Part shown: positions 1 to 11,556 of the stretch, in pieces
Layout: every line of letters begins with the position of its first letter
Position numbering within the stretch: the stretch's first letter is position 1
Assembly: GCF_001447785.1 (NCBI RefSeq)
Contig: NW_015162482.1
Coordinates: 287,930-351,929, forward strand
Direction: 5' to 3'
DNA: 64,000 bases
From: Gekko japonicus
Taxonomy: Eukaryota
Position numbers and translations under genes: made by a program
Notes under the pieces: generated by a model
The model's input: the letters and a program-made list of their open reading frames with translations, nothing else
The model's database searches: none
What the model was told of the DNA's origin: nothing

Positions 1-269
1 CTAGCACTCTTGAGGTGTGAAAATGACACCAAATGTAGACAGCTTTTTAGAAGAGTCAAAAGGCTGGGACACTGCTGGGAAAGACAAATGCAGATTCAGC
101 CCTAGGGGCCCAGTCTCCCTGATAGAACCCACCTGACCAGGAAACTATGGATGTGAGAGAGGCCAAGCTTACTGTTCCATGGGGCTTGGGGTCACAAACA
201 TTTGACCAGCAGTAGCAGTGGTTGGAGTGGTTGATGGCCATCTAGAAGTGTCTGTGCTCTGTTTCAGCC

Positions 270-644
270 AAGGGTATATACTGCCCTCCTTCTTTGGAGG
301 TTTTCACACAGAGGCTAGATGGCCATTTGACAGCAATGCTGATTGTGTGAACTTAGGCAGATCACAAGAAGGAAGGGCAGGAAGGGTTGCATCAATGCTT
401 AGTTCTCATGGCCCTTTCTTGCATGCCCAGGAAATTCCAATCACCACTTTGGGGTCAGGCAGCAATTTTTCTCCAGGCCAAATTGGCCAGTGATCCTGGA
501 GGTTTTTTGCCATCTTCTGGGCATGGAGCAGGGGTCACTCTGTGTGTGTGTGTAGGTAGGTAGGTATGTACTTGTGAATTTCCTGTATTGTGCAGGGGAC
601 TGGACTAGATGACCCTGGAGGTCCCTTCCAACTCTATGATTCTA
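270..644 (+). mobile_element. CR1-type retroposon 3' fragment (5' boundary approximate)
   Basis: Ends in the typical CR1 3' terminus GGACTAGATGACCCTGGAGGTCCCTTCCAACTCTATGATTCTA. Confidence 0.7.
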
Positions 645-1150
645 AGGGGTGAGAACTTTCTGCACCATGCATATTAACCCTGTGCAGAATACACTGCTCA
701 TAACAGCTTAGAGAGGAAGGGTTGTTGAGTGAATGTAAAGCATATAGTGTTTACACTTATGATAGGAGGATGAAGTATGCAATCTGCAGGGGCTTAGGAT
801 ATCAACTATGTCCCAAACCTACCATGATTGGGAATATTGCCCAAGAACAAACCAGGCTGAGTAGCTCCTATAGCACTGGCAGAATCAGTGAAGCTTGTCT
901 GTGCTTGATCCTGCCAGCTAGAGCAGCCCTCCAGGTACATTCCCTATAAACTAAATGGCCAGTCTACCCTGACTGCCACCCAAGAATTGGTGCTGTGTAT
1001 TTCTGGCTTTTCCACCACTGCAGATGTGCCAGGGCAAGGCTTACTCCATGTTATACCAGCATAGAGCTTAGTCGCTTTCCTGTTTACAGGCTAGTCTAAG
1101 GATTGTGCTGTTCCTCTAGCTGTGTTCAAAACTCTGTTGTGAAGTTCCAC

Positions 1151-1465
1151 CAGAGGTCATTTCGGGGGGGGAACGCGGGGGATCGCAGTTCCCCCGGGTG
1201 AGGTGTGGGGCACACGATGAAGCCCCGCCCCCTGCTTCCGGCCGCCACGCTTCTGGCCCTCATTCAGCCAGGAGGAGGCAGGAGAAGAGGGAGGGTAAGT
1301 TGCTTCCTCCCCGCCGCTCCCCAGCCCTGCCTGCCTGGGGCCAGGGAGGGCCTTGGCAGGGCTTCCTCACACTCCCGCCGGGCCCCTGATGTCAGGGGGT
1401 GTGGCATATGCTAATGAGTTATGCTAATGAGCTCCCCTAGCTCTTTTTCTACGAAATGACCCCTG
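1151..1465. mobile_element. Non-autonomous hAT-type MITE
   Basis: TIRs CAGAGGTCATTTCG / CGAAATGACCCCTG; exact 8-bp TSD AGTTCCAC at 1143-1150 and 1466-1473. Confidence 0.85.
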
Positions 1466-2157
1466 AGTTCCACCATATGGTAGGAAATGGAATGCTGGTG
1501 GAGGGATAGAGAAACACACCTGGGTGTGTATAGTGAAGCTCCACCAGCCCTAAGCTGAGTTCCACATGGGAGTATTTGTGTCCAAGAGAGCAGAAACATT
1601 CATCATTGACCAGCAAAAGCAGCCAACCGCACACCCATATATCTGGATCTGCATTCTCAGCAAGTTTCTGCTTTCTCATGTTACGGGATATATCATCACC
1701 TTCGAAGGATTCGTTTCCCAGATGCCACATTGCCAGCTAGGACAGGCCCACAACAATTTTCTTGGCAAGAATGCCCATCTGCCAGCTGTTGCCTTAATTG
1801 AGCAGGAACTCAGGGGGAACTGGAAGGGTATACATTGTCCTCTGCGAATTAAAACGCACACTTTGGATGAGAGAGTCTAGTATGAAAGCCTTTATATTAA
1901 ACCTTTGTAGTTCTGAATTAGATGTTTTTTCCTGAAGCAGCAATTTCCCTCTAAAGACTGCTTCTTCTTTAGAAATCAAGTTTGGGTAAAAGCCAGCCCA
2001 AATGAAAAGGTCCTCTAGCCCTTCCAACTGCTTCTCGAGTTCTGGGCAAGCATCCAGACAAAGGGAGTTCCATAACTGCTTGATCAGTCCCAAGAAACTT
2101 CTCTTTGCGTGTCTTTATCATACAGACAGACTTGGTGTAGTCAAGAAAGTATACTTG

Positions 2158-2247
2158 CAGCCCAATCCTCTGCATGTTTATTTGGAAGTAAATCCTACTG
2201 AATTCAACAGAACATACTCTCATGTAAGCGTCCCTTGGATTGCAGCT
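2158..2247. mobile_element. Short palindromic squamate MITE (related degraded copies near 24510-24575 and 61070-61155)
   Basis: Imperfect palindrome CAGCCCAATCCT...GAATTC...GGATTGCAGC. Confidence 0.6.
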
Positions 2248-2775
2248 GGTCACAGAGTAAATGACCAAAGTCATTACAATTCCATTCAAACAATGTCATG
2301 CACAGTTGGTGGGAATTACTTTCTCAGTGCGACTCTAGGAATGAATAGATTTGAATGGCTGTTTAACTGTAGCAAAAAGCCCTTAAGATCTGTTGCTGCT
2401 GTTAAGATTGACCCAATATGTACGGGGCTTCTCTAAAGGTGAAACCCAGGGTTTCATATGGGGGGAATAGGGGAAAAAATTAGTTTGGCATCTGTTTGAA
2501 AAACTAGTTTGCTTAACAACTTTTCTGCAACAGTTGCTAGCAGTCTTTCTGATTCATGGCACTTGGGAAGTATGCATAGTGCAGAGGATGGGGGATTTTG
2601 TAAATAAGGCAGCATAATATCACTGCTATGTCATGTCAGCATAACCCTGGGGTGGGGGGAGCACAGTCCCAGTTACATTGCCACTACTGGCTGAACATAC
2701 ATGATCCCTTTTGCATTGCATAATCTGAACCTGGCACCAGAAACATCACACATGGAAACTGTAGGCAGAATTCTA

Positions 2776-2987
2776 GAAGAGATTAGATTTATACCCCGCC
2801 CTTCACTACCCGAAGGTAGATGGGGCTGAGAGAGCTCTTCAAAAGCTGTCCTTGAGAGAACAGTTCTGAAAGAACTTGTGACTGACCCAAGGTCACACTA
2901 GTAGATGCATTTGGAGGAGTGGGGAATCAAACCCGGTCTCCCAGATTAGAGTCCGCACGCCTAACTACTATATCAAACTGGCTCTCC
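2776..2987 (-). mobile_element. tRNA-derived SINE (Squam3-like)
   Basis: Reverse complement of the copies at 5611, 11278 and 32720; flanked by TSD CAGAATTCTA (2766-2775 and 2988-2997). Confidence 0.8.
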
Positions 2988-3897
2988 AGAATTCTACTGC
3001 AGCTTCCTACCAGGGATCGGTAAGTATCTGCCCAATGACTACATAACAACCCCAAGCAGGCACGTTCCTGAATACAGGCAGCACCAAGGGGGGAAACATG
3101 GGAATTTGAAGAGCAACTAGGGCATGCCACTGTCTCACATCTGTAGCTCACCACTGGCAACAGTTCACATGAGCTCATATGCTATACAACTGCTGAAGAT
3201 TTCTCCTAATTGTACCTTTATTATCATTCTTGATTTTTTTCTAGGCAGCTTACCAAGAGTGGCAGCAGCAAGGATGGAGCCCATTCACAGCACAGCGCTG
3301 AGTGTGAGCCAGGCTTACAAGAACAATGACAGTTGCTGCAGCCAGTATAGATACAGCGTCTCTGCCAAGAGATGGCCAACACTCATTCCAGCCTTGCTCC
3401 TGCACTGTTGCCAGATGCATAACAGATGTTTCTGCAGTACAGTTCTCATGGGGATGCAATGCTGTTTGTCTCCTGTCCATTGATGTAATTTCCAATGGCA
3501 TGGATGCCTTGCTAGACCTAGAGATTTGACAACCCCATTTGTGACTTGGGTTCAGAATTCCATTCTTGCTGTAGTTCAGTGAGTGTTTGGATTGTTTCAC
3601 AGTTCTCTCTGTTGTCATGGGATTTGGCCTACAGGACTGTGTCCTGCTCCCTAGCCCACTGCTAAGCATAGCTGTCCTTGGGATAAGACTCACCATGGGA
3701 GGAAGGTCAACACTGTCTGGACAGTTGTGCTTTGGCAATGGGATGAGGCAGGGTTTACCTTCTCCCATATCATTGCTGGTGTGCTGAACCATATGACAGG
3801 TAGGAGATCCATATGACAGGCAGGAGTGTTGCAGGGAAAATTATCAGCAAACCGTGACAAATCAAGCTAGTGAATGCTAGATGGGAAGGGCCTAAGT

Positions 3898-4248
3898 CAG
3901 GGTCCCCAGCCTTTTAAAGCCCACGGGAATTTTTGGAATTCTGACACAGGGTGATGGGCACAACCACAAAATGGCTTCCATAGGAGCTGGAGTGAACCAC
4001 AAAAGGGGTGCTGCCGGAGACAAAGCCACACACAGAGGAAACCCAGGTGCAGGGGGAAAGGGGGGATCATTTTAAAAAATGCACTGGAAAGGAGGAGTGA
4101 AAGAGAATAAAACCAACACTGTGGGGGCAGCTGCCACAATGTTATTTTAATCTGCCCAGCCAATTGGATTGCCAGTGCCCGACCTGACCACATTCACTTT
4201 CGGACAACATTGGGTGGGCACCCACCGACACCACATTGGGGATCCCTG
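3898..4248. mobile_element. hAT (Charlie-like) MITE, same family as 22037-22398
   Basis: TIRs CAGGGTCCCCA / TGGGGATCCCTG; degenerate 8-bp TSD GCCTAAGT/ACCTAAGC. Confidence 0.8.
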
Positions 4249-4589
4249 ACCTAAGCAAAATGGTGGAGTCTGGGTAGTCAATCAGTGTGAGTGGCCCATC
4301 CTCTGCAACTGGGTTTGACAAAGTAAAACTTCACCAGTGTTTGTGACTGCTCCCTAGACCTGTCTGATACACAGGACTTGAACTGGAGCCCTCAGGCATA
4401 CGAAACATGTTCTGCTGCATAATGTTGTGTCTTTTCAATGCAGTCACCTGATCTCCATGGATTAATGGTGTTTTTCACCTTGCTGAAAAAGGACCTAAGA
4501 TCTTGCACGGAATTTTAGTATCGTTTAACCTTGAAAGGCACAGTCCTCTTGGAACCCTTCAGGGTTTGAAAGTCTGATTTAAAAAAATA

Positions 4590-5305
4590 TATATTTATAT
4601 TTTTATTGTTTTTTTGTAAATAGTGATAACATTGATACAACAAATAGTTACATAACTGCTTAAAAGTGAATATAACGCAATGTGTAAGCTATATCATTAC
4701 AGCTCTTGTACATTCATGTTTTTATTTTTTGGGGATGTTTTCAATCTGTCCAATGTAACATAAGCATTCCCCCCCCCTTTATATAACAATAAATAAACAA
4801 ACTAATAAAGCAAAAAGGATCAGAAAGGAAAAGAATTCCTAATCAGTAGTACAAACATTTTGACTTTAAATCCATTTGTAGTATTGGGTCCATTCGGAAG
4901 AGATAAATTGTTGTTGAGACAAGTAGTCAAGCACTGGGTACCACTTGTCTGTGAATACTGTTAGAGTCGGCTTCTGAAACATGAAATTTAGTTTATTTGT
5001 GACTGCATCCATTAAGTAATGGCTCCATAATTTCTTAAACCACACCTCAATACTGGGTGCTTTATTATCCTTCCAGTATGATGCAATCGCAGTTTTCGCT
5101 GCATCCAACATGACTTCCACTGTAGCTTTATGTGGTCTAGATGACAGATCTTTTGGCCAGGTATTTAAAAATAAAACCTCTGGTGTCAACGGAATTTGTA
5201 TTGAGGTGACCTTTTGGATTACCTTCAACACCTCTGACCAAAAATTTTTAATTTTAGTGCACTGCCACCAGCAATGTGCAAAGTCTCCAATATGCTGGGA
5301 TACCT
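4590..5305 (-). mobile_element. L1-clade LINE 3' fragment (ORF2 C-terminus, 3' UTR, A-rich tail)
   Basis: ORF 4866-5231 (AAKTAIASYWKDNKAPSIEVW) follows a WWQC..IKNFWSEV zinc-knuckle-like segment, typical of the L1 ORF2 end; T-rich tail on + near 4595-4620. Confidence 0.8.
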
Positions 5306-5610
5306 TGGAGACTGATTTGGGAAGGGTGGGTTTGGGGGAGGGGATGGACCTCAGTCAAATATAATGCCATAGAGTATACCCTCCAAAGCAGCCATTTTCT
5401 CCAGGAGAACTGATCTCATCTGGAGATAAGTTATAATTCTGGGAGATTTCCAGGCTCCACCTGGAGGTTGGCAACCTAGCATTTAGTTCTTACATCAGAT
5501 ATTTTAAATGCCAAGCCCATGACCTGCTTTCAACATCAGCAAACATGTTTATGTCATCACAACTGGTATTATAATTGAAGGCTTTTCTAGCTGGAAAGTT
5601 CCAGCTAGCA

Positions 5611-5860
5611 AGCCAGTTTGGTCTAGTGGTTAAGAGTGGTGGACTCTAACCTGGAGAACCGGGTTTGATTCCTCTTCGACATGTACCCAGCTGGGTGACC
5701 TTGGGTCAGTCACAATTCTCTCGGACCTGTTCTCTCAGAGCTCTCTCTCAGCCCCACCTACCTCACAGGGTGTCTGCTGTAAGGAGAGGAAAGGAAGGAA
5801 ATTGTAAGCTACTCTGAGACTCCAAGTGAAGGGCACAGTATAACTCCGCTGCTGCTTCTC
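5611..5860 (+). mobile_element. tRNA-derived SINE (Squam3-like)
   Basis: Pol III A/B-box head AGCCAGTTTGGTCTAGTGGTTAAG...GGGTTTGATTCC; body shared with several copies in the window. Confidence 0.8.
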
Positions 5861-6946
5861 ATCTGCTGAGTGTTTCACTTCAGTGCAGTATAATGACAGC
5901 CATTCCCCACACGTTCAGGTTCAAGAGCACGGTTCTGCAGAAGAACTGAGCCTCAGATTCATTGTGGGATACATAAACAGCAGACCAGTGGCATTTTAAG
6001 GATCAGTAAAAATTCTACTCTAGCTTTTGTGGACGAGAGCCCACTTCTTCAGATGTAATGAAAGGCTCCTCAGTAAGCAGACCATTTGCATTGGAGCCAT
6101 GTAAAAAGCACGAAATGGGTGGGCAGGCCCTCATAGAGGTCAAGAGAGGCATGGGCCAATTCCATTTTTGAGGGTCCCCATCATAAATTAAAAAATGAAG
6201 AAGTGCAAAAGCAATGATACAAAATTAGTAGTATTATATTTTAAATGTTTACATTTAATACAATAAGAAAAAGAATATTGTAAGACTTTGTAATAAATGT
6301 TCCCATTTTTATTTAATATGTGATTTAATGTCAAAAGTGTAAATCTGGGGGGGGGGCCCCAAGAACCTGCGGCCCGGGCCAAATAGCCCTGCTGCCCCCC
6401 CCCCCCGAAGCTTCAAGATTTGCTAAGATATTTAACACCTATAGTAAGAAACCCCACACTAAATGAGTTTTTAAAATTATTATTTTCACACCTCCTGCAT
6501 AAAGGTTTATTCTAAGTATGAACTTTCATGTGCTACTGGACTCTAAATTTGTTCTACTGCTTCAGACCAATATGGCTGACCACCTGGAACTATCCTACAT
6601 AAAGGATCTGCCTAGTGAGAAGTCACTCCTTGTATTGGAAGGGGCAAAAAAGAGCTCCAGCCACTATGTTTACACTGGAATAAAATTGTTCGCCTTTAAG
6701 CCTGCTGTTTATTTTTTTTGCAGGAACAGACTAACTCGACTTCCCCTGTGGAACCGTGGGATGCATCTTTGTTTTAACGTATTTTAACCTACTGTGTAAG
6801 CCGCCCTGAGTCTGCTAGGCAAGGAGGGCGGGATATAAATCGAATTAATAAATAATAAACTTTTGTGGACTAGAACCGGCTTCATCAGACGTACGAACGG
6901 GGTGGCCAACTGACAAATAAAACAGTTTTCTTCATTATGAATGTGA

Positions 6947-7066
6947 GATTCAGGTACGTAGCCGTGTTAGTCTAAAGCAGCAGCACGAAGTTTGAGTCCA
7001 GCGGCACCTTTAAGACCAACGAAAGTTTTATTTACGGTATAAGCATTCCTGTGCACGCATACAGCA
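6947..7066 (-). mobile_element. Penelope-like element terminal fragment
   Basis: GTAGCCGTGTTAGTC...GGCACCTTTAAGACCAAC resembles reptile Penelope termini; 16-bp direct repeat TTCATTATGAATGTGA at 6931-6946 and 7067-7082. Confidence 0.6.
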
Positions 7067-7299
7067 TTCATTATGAATGTGAAAACACCTTCGCGCGTGT
7101 AAGAAGATTGCGGTGACACTCCTGACGGCTGTGGCGAACGACATAGTAGATTAGCTTTGTACAAAAAATTCCATAGAAAGTAACTCTAGTAATGAGCTTT
7201 TTTATATATTACGCGCACGGAAGGATGATTCAGTTCCTCCACCTGACGAAGTGGGCTTTACGGTCCCCGAAAAGCTTATGCCGCTACAAGCAATCTCGG

Positions 7300-7860
7300 A
7301 AGTGCCACGAGAGGGACTCCTTTTTTGTCCCTGAAGGTGGCAAAGGAAACGAGGCCGCCTCCCTCGATCTACTTTCTTAAAGTAGCCGGATTCTCTAGGA
7401 GCCGCGGTTTTCAGCTATCCGAGGTAAGGAGGACTCTTTCCTGCCTCTAACACAGCCGTAATGGCGGGCGAAGTAGACACAAAGCCGCCACCGGGGTGGC
7501 TCCGCTCCGCTTGAGAGAGGCGCTGCTCTTTGGCCCTTTAATAACAGAAGCGGGAAGGAGGCCGGAGAAGTGCTGACGCTTTCCTGCGGGACCCTTCCTC
7601 AATCGTCTTCGCCCGACCCGGATGTAGAAAGCCGAGAAAAGTGTTACACACAGGCGGGCGGAAGGCGGAAATGGAGGCTTAGAGACAGGCAGCGAAGAGA
7701 GGGGGCAGTGGGAGGGAGGAGCAGCGCCCCCTCTCGTTGCCACGGCAACGGGACCAGGTGAGTTCCCCTTTCGCCTCACATCCAGCATCTCCCTTTCCTT
7801 CGCCTGGGGACCGCGCTCTTCTCCTCCCTCTTCCCGGCATGAAGTGGCTGCTATCCGCCC
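7300..7860 (+). promoter_or_regulatory. DNAJC14: DNAJC14 CpG-island promoter and non-coding exon 1 (donor after 7757)
   Basis: CpG-rich; ETS-type CCGGATG/GCGGAAG/GCGGAAAT and YY1-type AATGGCG motifs; X-box at 7736-7749; strong donor CAG|GTGAGT at 7757/7758. A second possible donor GAG|GTAAGG lies at 7423/7424. TSS not determinable. Confidence 0.75.
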
Positions 7861-8307
7861 CTCTTCAGTCCTCAGTGTGGGTTGGGGTTTTTTAGTATTA
7901 TCGGGGGGGGGGGGGGGGGGGGGATCCTACACTAGTGGGGCCAGAGAGGGACAAAATTCCAGCTAGCCAAGAGGGTTGTGTGTTTATGTGATCTCTTTGA
8001 GTACAGTCAGGCTCTGAAGCCTGTTTTGGTTGTTTTGCAGGTAGAAAGACTGATGATGGCTGTAACTTAATCCTTGTCAAGGCCAGAGTAATTCTGGAGC
8101 CCCAGCACCATGGAGCACCTCAGGTCCGGAGGGCTGTGTGAATCCAAACCAGACCAATGTGGCTTAGCCAGGACTGTTCCTCGTGTTGCTAGCCCTTGTG
8201 CAACTGATAAGTGCTCATTCTCAGGTGATGATGCAGGAAACGGCATGCCCACTGGTGCCTAGATCTCTAAAGGGTGCTGTAGTTCCAAAGTCTGGCCCAG
8301 AAGAGAG

Positions 8308-9543
8308 ATGCCAGTTTTGGAAGCAATGGCAACTTGTGGGCTGGCTCCTAAAAAGGCTGAGACTTCAGGCGGGGAGGGAAATACAAGGGAAACCGAAACT
8401 TCTTGGAAAGGAAGCAGTGAGCAAGATAATGGTGGCTTGCACTTTACTGGCTACAGTGCCCCTGGTGATGAAACTGGTTCTTGTAACTGTCTGGGAGATA
8501 CCTCTGATCCTTCTGGAACTTATTCAGAGAAGGGGCATCATTTGTGTGGCTTTGCTTGTCAGCATCGGGCTTTGGACGCCAAGGAGAAGGATGCATCAAA
8601 GTTACTGCAAGGGGAAGAGGAAGATATCAAAGATGACGTGACGTCAAAGGCCAAGGAGGAACTTCCTGACTATACTAGGGCTCCTGGTGGAAGGAAGGTT
8701 GCTCGGCAGCAAAGGCACCGTTCTGCAGCAAAGGACAAGTGGGAAGGACGATTTGCACTATCTGGAGGGAAGCAGAGGCAAAGTAGGAAGAGGAGCGATG
8801 GTGGGAGGTACCATATCCGAGCTGAGCTACTCAAGCACCTGGAGAGGTTGGCCTCTTTCTGCATCTCTTGCTTCAAATTATTCATCCACCTGATTGTGCA
8901 GGTCACCCACAGGTGTGGTGAGGGTGTGGAAGCTGGTGGGAAGTTCCTCTACTCTTGCTGTTCCTTCAGCCAGTGTGAAATAGACACCATCCAGACCGGC
9001 ATGCAGGCTTGGATCCAGTATGCTAAGCTGGGTTATAGGAAACTAATGCGACAGCTAGGCTCCTGGGCAAGCCTGATGTACCACCTGCTCAAGATGCTTT
9101 GTGCTGTACTTTTTCTGGTCCTCATGCTTATCTTGGGTAGCCTGAGACTCTGTTGGCAGGTCTCCAAGTTAGCCCTGTTCAGCGTTGTGGGTAGGTTGGC
9201 TCACACCAGTCATGGGGCCTGGCTTCTCTCAGCTCTTGACTTGCCCAAAGTTTGGGCTTTCTTCAAACAGAGCAGGACTTACACCTGGGTGGTAAGTCTG
9301 TTGCATAAGTGGCATGACCTCCTTTGGATGCCTAAAGGACTAAGGACCAACCAGCCAGGGGATGCTACTTTCAGTGGGTCTCCTGGTGAATCTGGGCAGT
9401 ATCAACCTGGAGAAGTGGTGGCACGTTTGCTGGCTATGGCACATACCCCTGAAGAAGAGCTCAATCCTTTCCAGGTGCTAGGTCTAGAAGCAACAGCATC
9501 AGATGCGGAGTTGAAGAGAGCTTATCGGCAATTGGCTGTACTG
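8308..9543 (+). CDS. DNAJC14: DNAJC14 exon 2, open coding part (exon acceptor at 8040/8041; a likelier ancestral ATG at 8110 is cut off by TAG 8260-8262)
   Basis: Hydrophobic membrane segments followed by the J-domain start EVVARLLAMAHTPEEELNPFQVLGLEATASDAELKRAYRQLAVL; donor CTG|GTGAGC. Spliced CDS from 8308 is 1950 nt (649 aa); from 8110 it would be 715 aa. Confidence 0.93.
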
Positions 9544-10741
9544 GTGAGCATACCCTTTGAGCTGGAGAAGGCTGAAGTGTGTCTGAGGTGCGAATGCCTG
9601 AGAGCTATGAGGCTCAGTCTGGGAGAGTTATTTGCACAGTTTTCTGTTGCCTTATGCCTGACAATCCTTTCAGTTCACAAACACAACACTGTTCCTTATG
9701 TGGCTTTACAAAGTTGTTTGTCATATACTCTGGGCATATAGGAGAGGGGCCTCTATAACTGGTTGGTGTGGTAATTTGTTTAATATGACTTTGCACAAAG
9801 GGGCAGAGTCCAGGTAGAGTTCTCTAGAAAACTGTCAATGATTCCCAACTTGTAGGTTAAGCAGTCTGCATCATTTTCTTTCATCTCATGTACAATCTCC
9901 CACTGTAGTGACCCTATGGTTACTGTGCTGTTGCGGGAGGGGGGATCAGGCCAAAATGACCACTGTCACAGGCTAAAATTATCACTGGATTGTCCAAGCC
10001 ATTATGTTCCGGAAACTGCTGGCCATGTGTGTATTTTTCTTCAGGTATATCAAAGAACAGTCTGCTGGGGGGCAAGAAATACATGTCAGGTTCTCAGGTT
10101 TACAGCTAAGTTCTAGGATTGCCTGATTGCAGCCCCATCCTTAAACACCTGCTGAGTGGCAAATCGTTCTATTCCTACTTCTACCAGTCAAAGTGTGATG
10201 GGCAAATGAACTGCAGTAGTACTGTATTGGGTGTGGTACAGACTTGTAGGTGCTTATCATAGCAACCTAAAGAGCACCTGAGCTTTTTCTTGACTGAGAC
10301 CTGATATTCTCTTCCATTACCTAAAATCCAGCTGACCACTCTTGCAGCTAGGCATACTTTTGATAAAAGACAATCATCTCTTTCCTTCCCTCTTAACGAT
10401 GCATTTTGTGGAGAGAGGAACCGTGTTGGAGGAAACCTTTCCTTCCTGGCTGAACTCCTTAACAGAGAGTGTGCTGGTATTACGAGCTGGAGGTCCCTTC
10501 TCAAATCTCAGCCTGTCCACTATTGCAGGCAAGCCTCTGCTTCAGCTACCTGACTGGTATGTAATATGTAGATAACAGTCCTGGCCAGTGTTACATGGGT
10601 GTTTAGAATGACTGAGAGAATATGTCTTATGTGCTTCTCCCAAGTGCTCAAAATACCAGTATTGATCAGGGTATCGTTATTATTAACACAATGTAGGCAT
10701 TCTGACTCCTTGTTGGTTTGGGGGATGGGGATCTTGCACAG

Positions 10742-10848
10742 GTTCATCCGGACAAGAATAAGCATCCACAGGCAGAGGAGGCGTTCAAGGTGCTACGGGC
10801 CGCCTGGGATATCGTCAGCAATCCTGAGAGGAGGAAGGAATATGAAAT
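10742..10848 (+). CDS. DNAJC14: DNAJC14 exon 3 (J-domain HPD motif)
   Basis: AG|VHPDKNKHPQAEEAFKVLRAAWDIVSNPERRKEYE|GTAAGT, 107 nt, phase-consistent. Confidence 0.97.
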
Positions 10849-11277
10849 GTAAGTGACTTGAAGTCCATTTGGTTGCCTGATGCTTCAGAATGAGGATCGT
10901 GCAGGGAATACTGTGGTATAGCAGTCAGAGAGTTGGACTAGGGTCTGGGAGACCAGGGTTCAAATTGCCGTTGAGTCAAGAGCCTCACTGCATGACCTTG
11001 GGCCAGTCATTCTCTGCCAGCCAAAGCGAGGTAAGATAGAATAGGAAGTGGAGTTCAATATGCCTTCCTGAGCTTTTTGGGAGAAGAGCTGGGTAAAAAC
11101 ATACTAGATAGATGGACACCAGGAGTACTGATCTGTGGACGGGGAGAAGACATGCAGGGCAGTTCTCAAAATGGGGTCCCTTTCTTTAACAGGAGATGAG
11201 AGAAACTGCAAATGCGCATCTGCTTTGTAACACTTTCTTGTAGGAACAACTCCATAGTAGTTGCCAGTGTTTCAACT

Positions 11278-11556
11278 GCCAGTTTGGTGTAGTGGTTAAG
11301 TGCATGGACTCTACTCTGGGAGAACCGGGTTTGATTCCCCACTCCTCCACTTGCACCTGCTGATGTGACCTTGGGTCAGTCACAAGCTCTGGCACAGCTG
11401 TCCTTGAAAAAGAGCAGTTTGTGTCAGAGTTCTCTCAGCCCCACCCACCTCACAGGGTGTCTGTTGTGGGGAGGGGAAGGGAAAGGAGTTTTTAAACCGC
11501 TCTGAGACTCCAAGTGAAGGGCGGGGTATAAATCCAATCTCTTCTTCTTCTTCTCT
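11278..11556 (+). mobile_element. tRNA-derived SINE (Squam3-like)
   Basis: GCCAGTTTGGTGTAGTGGTTAAG head, GGGTTTGATTCCCC B box, (CTT)n tail. Confidence 0.85.

Noticed and set aside
1449-2436. Overlapping 90-144 aa ORFs suggesting an endogenous viral or unknown gene
   Set aside because: No recognisable motif; part of the apparent coding sequence is the palindromic MITE at 2158-2247.
9544-9741. C-terminal extension of the 477-aa ORF as a real DNAJC14 end
   Set aside because: It is read-through past the GTGAGC donor into intron 2; the HPD motif continues in exon 3.
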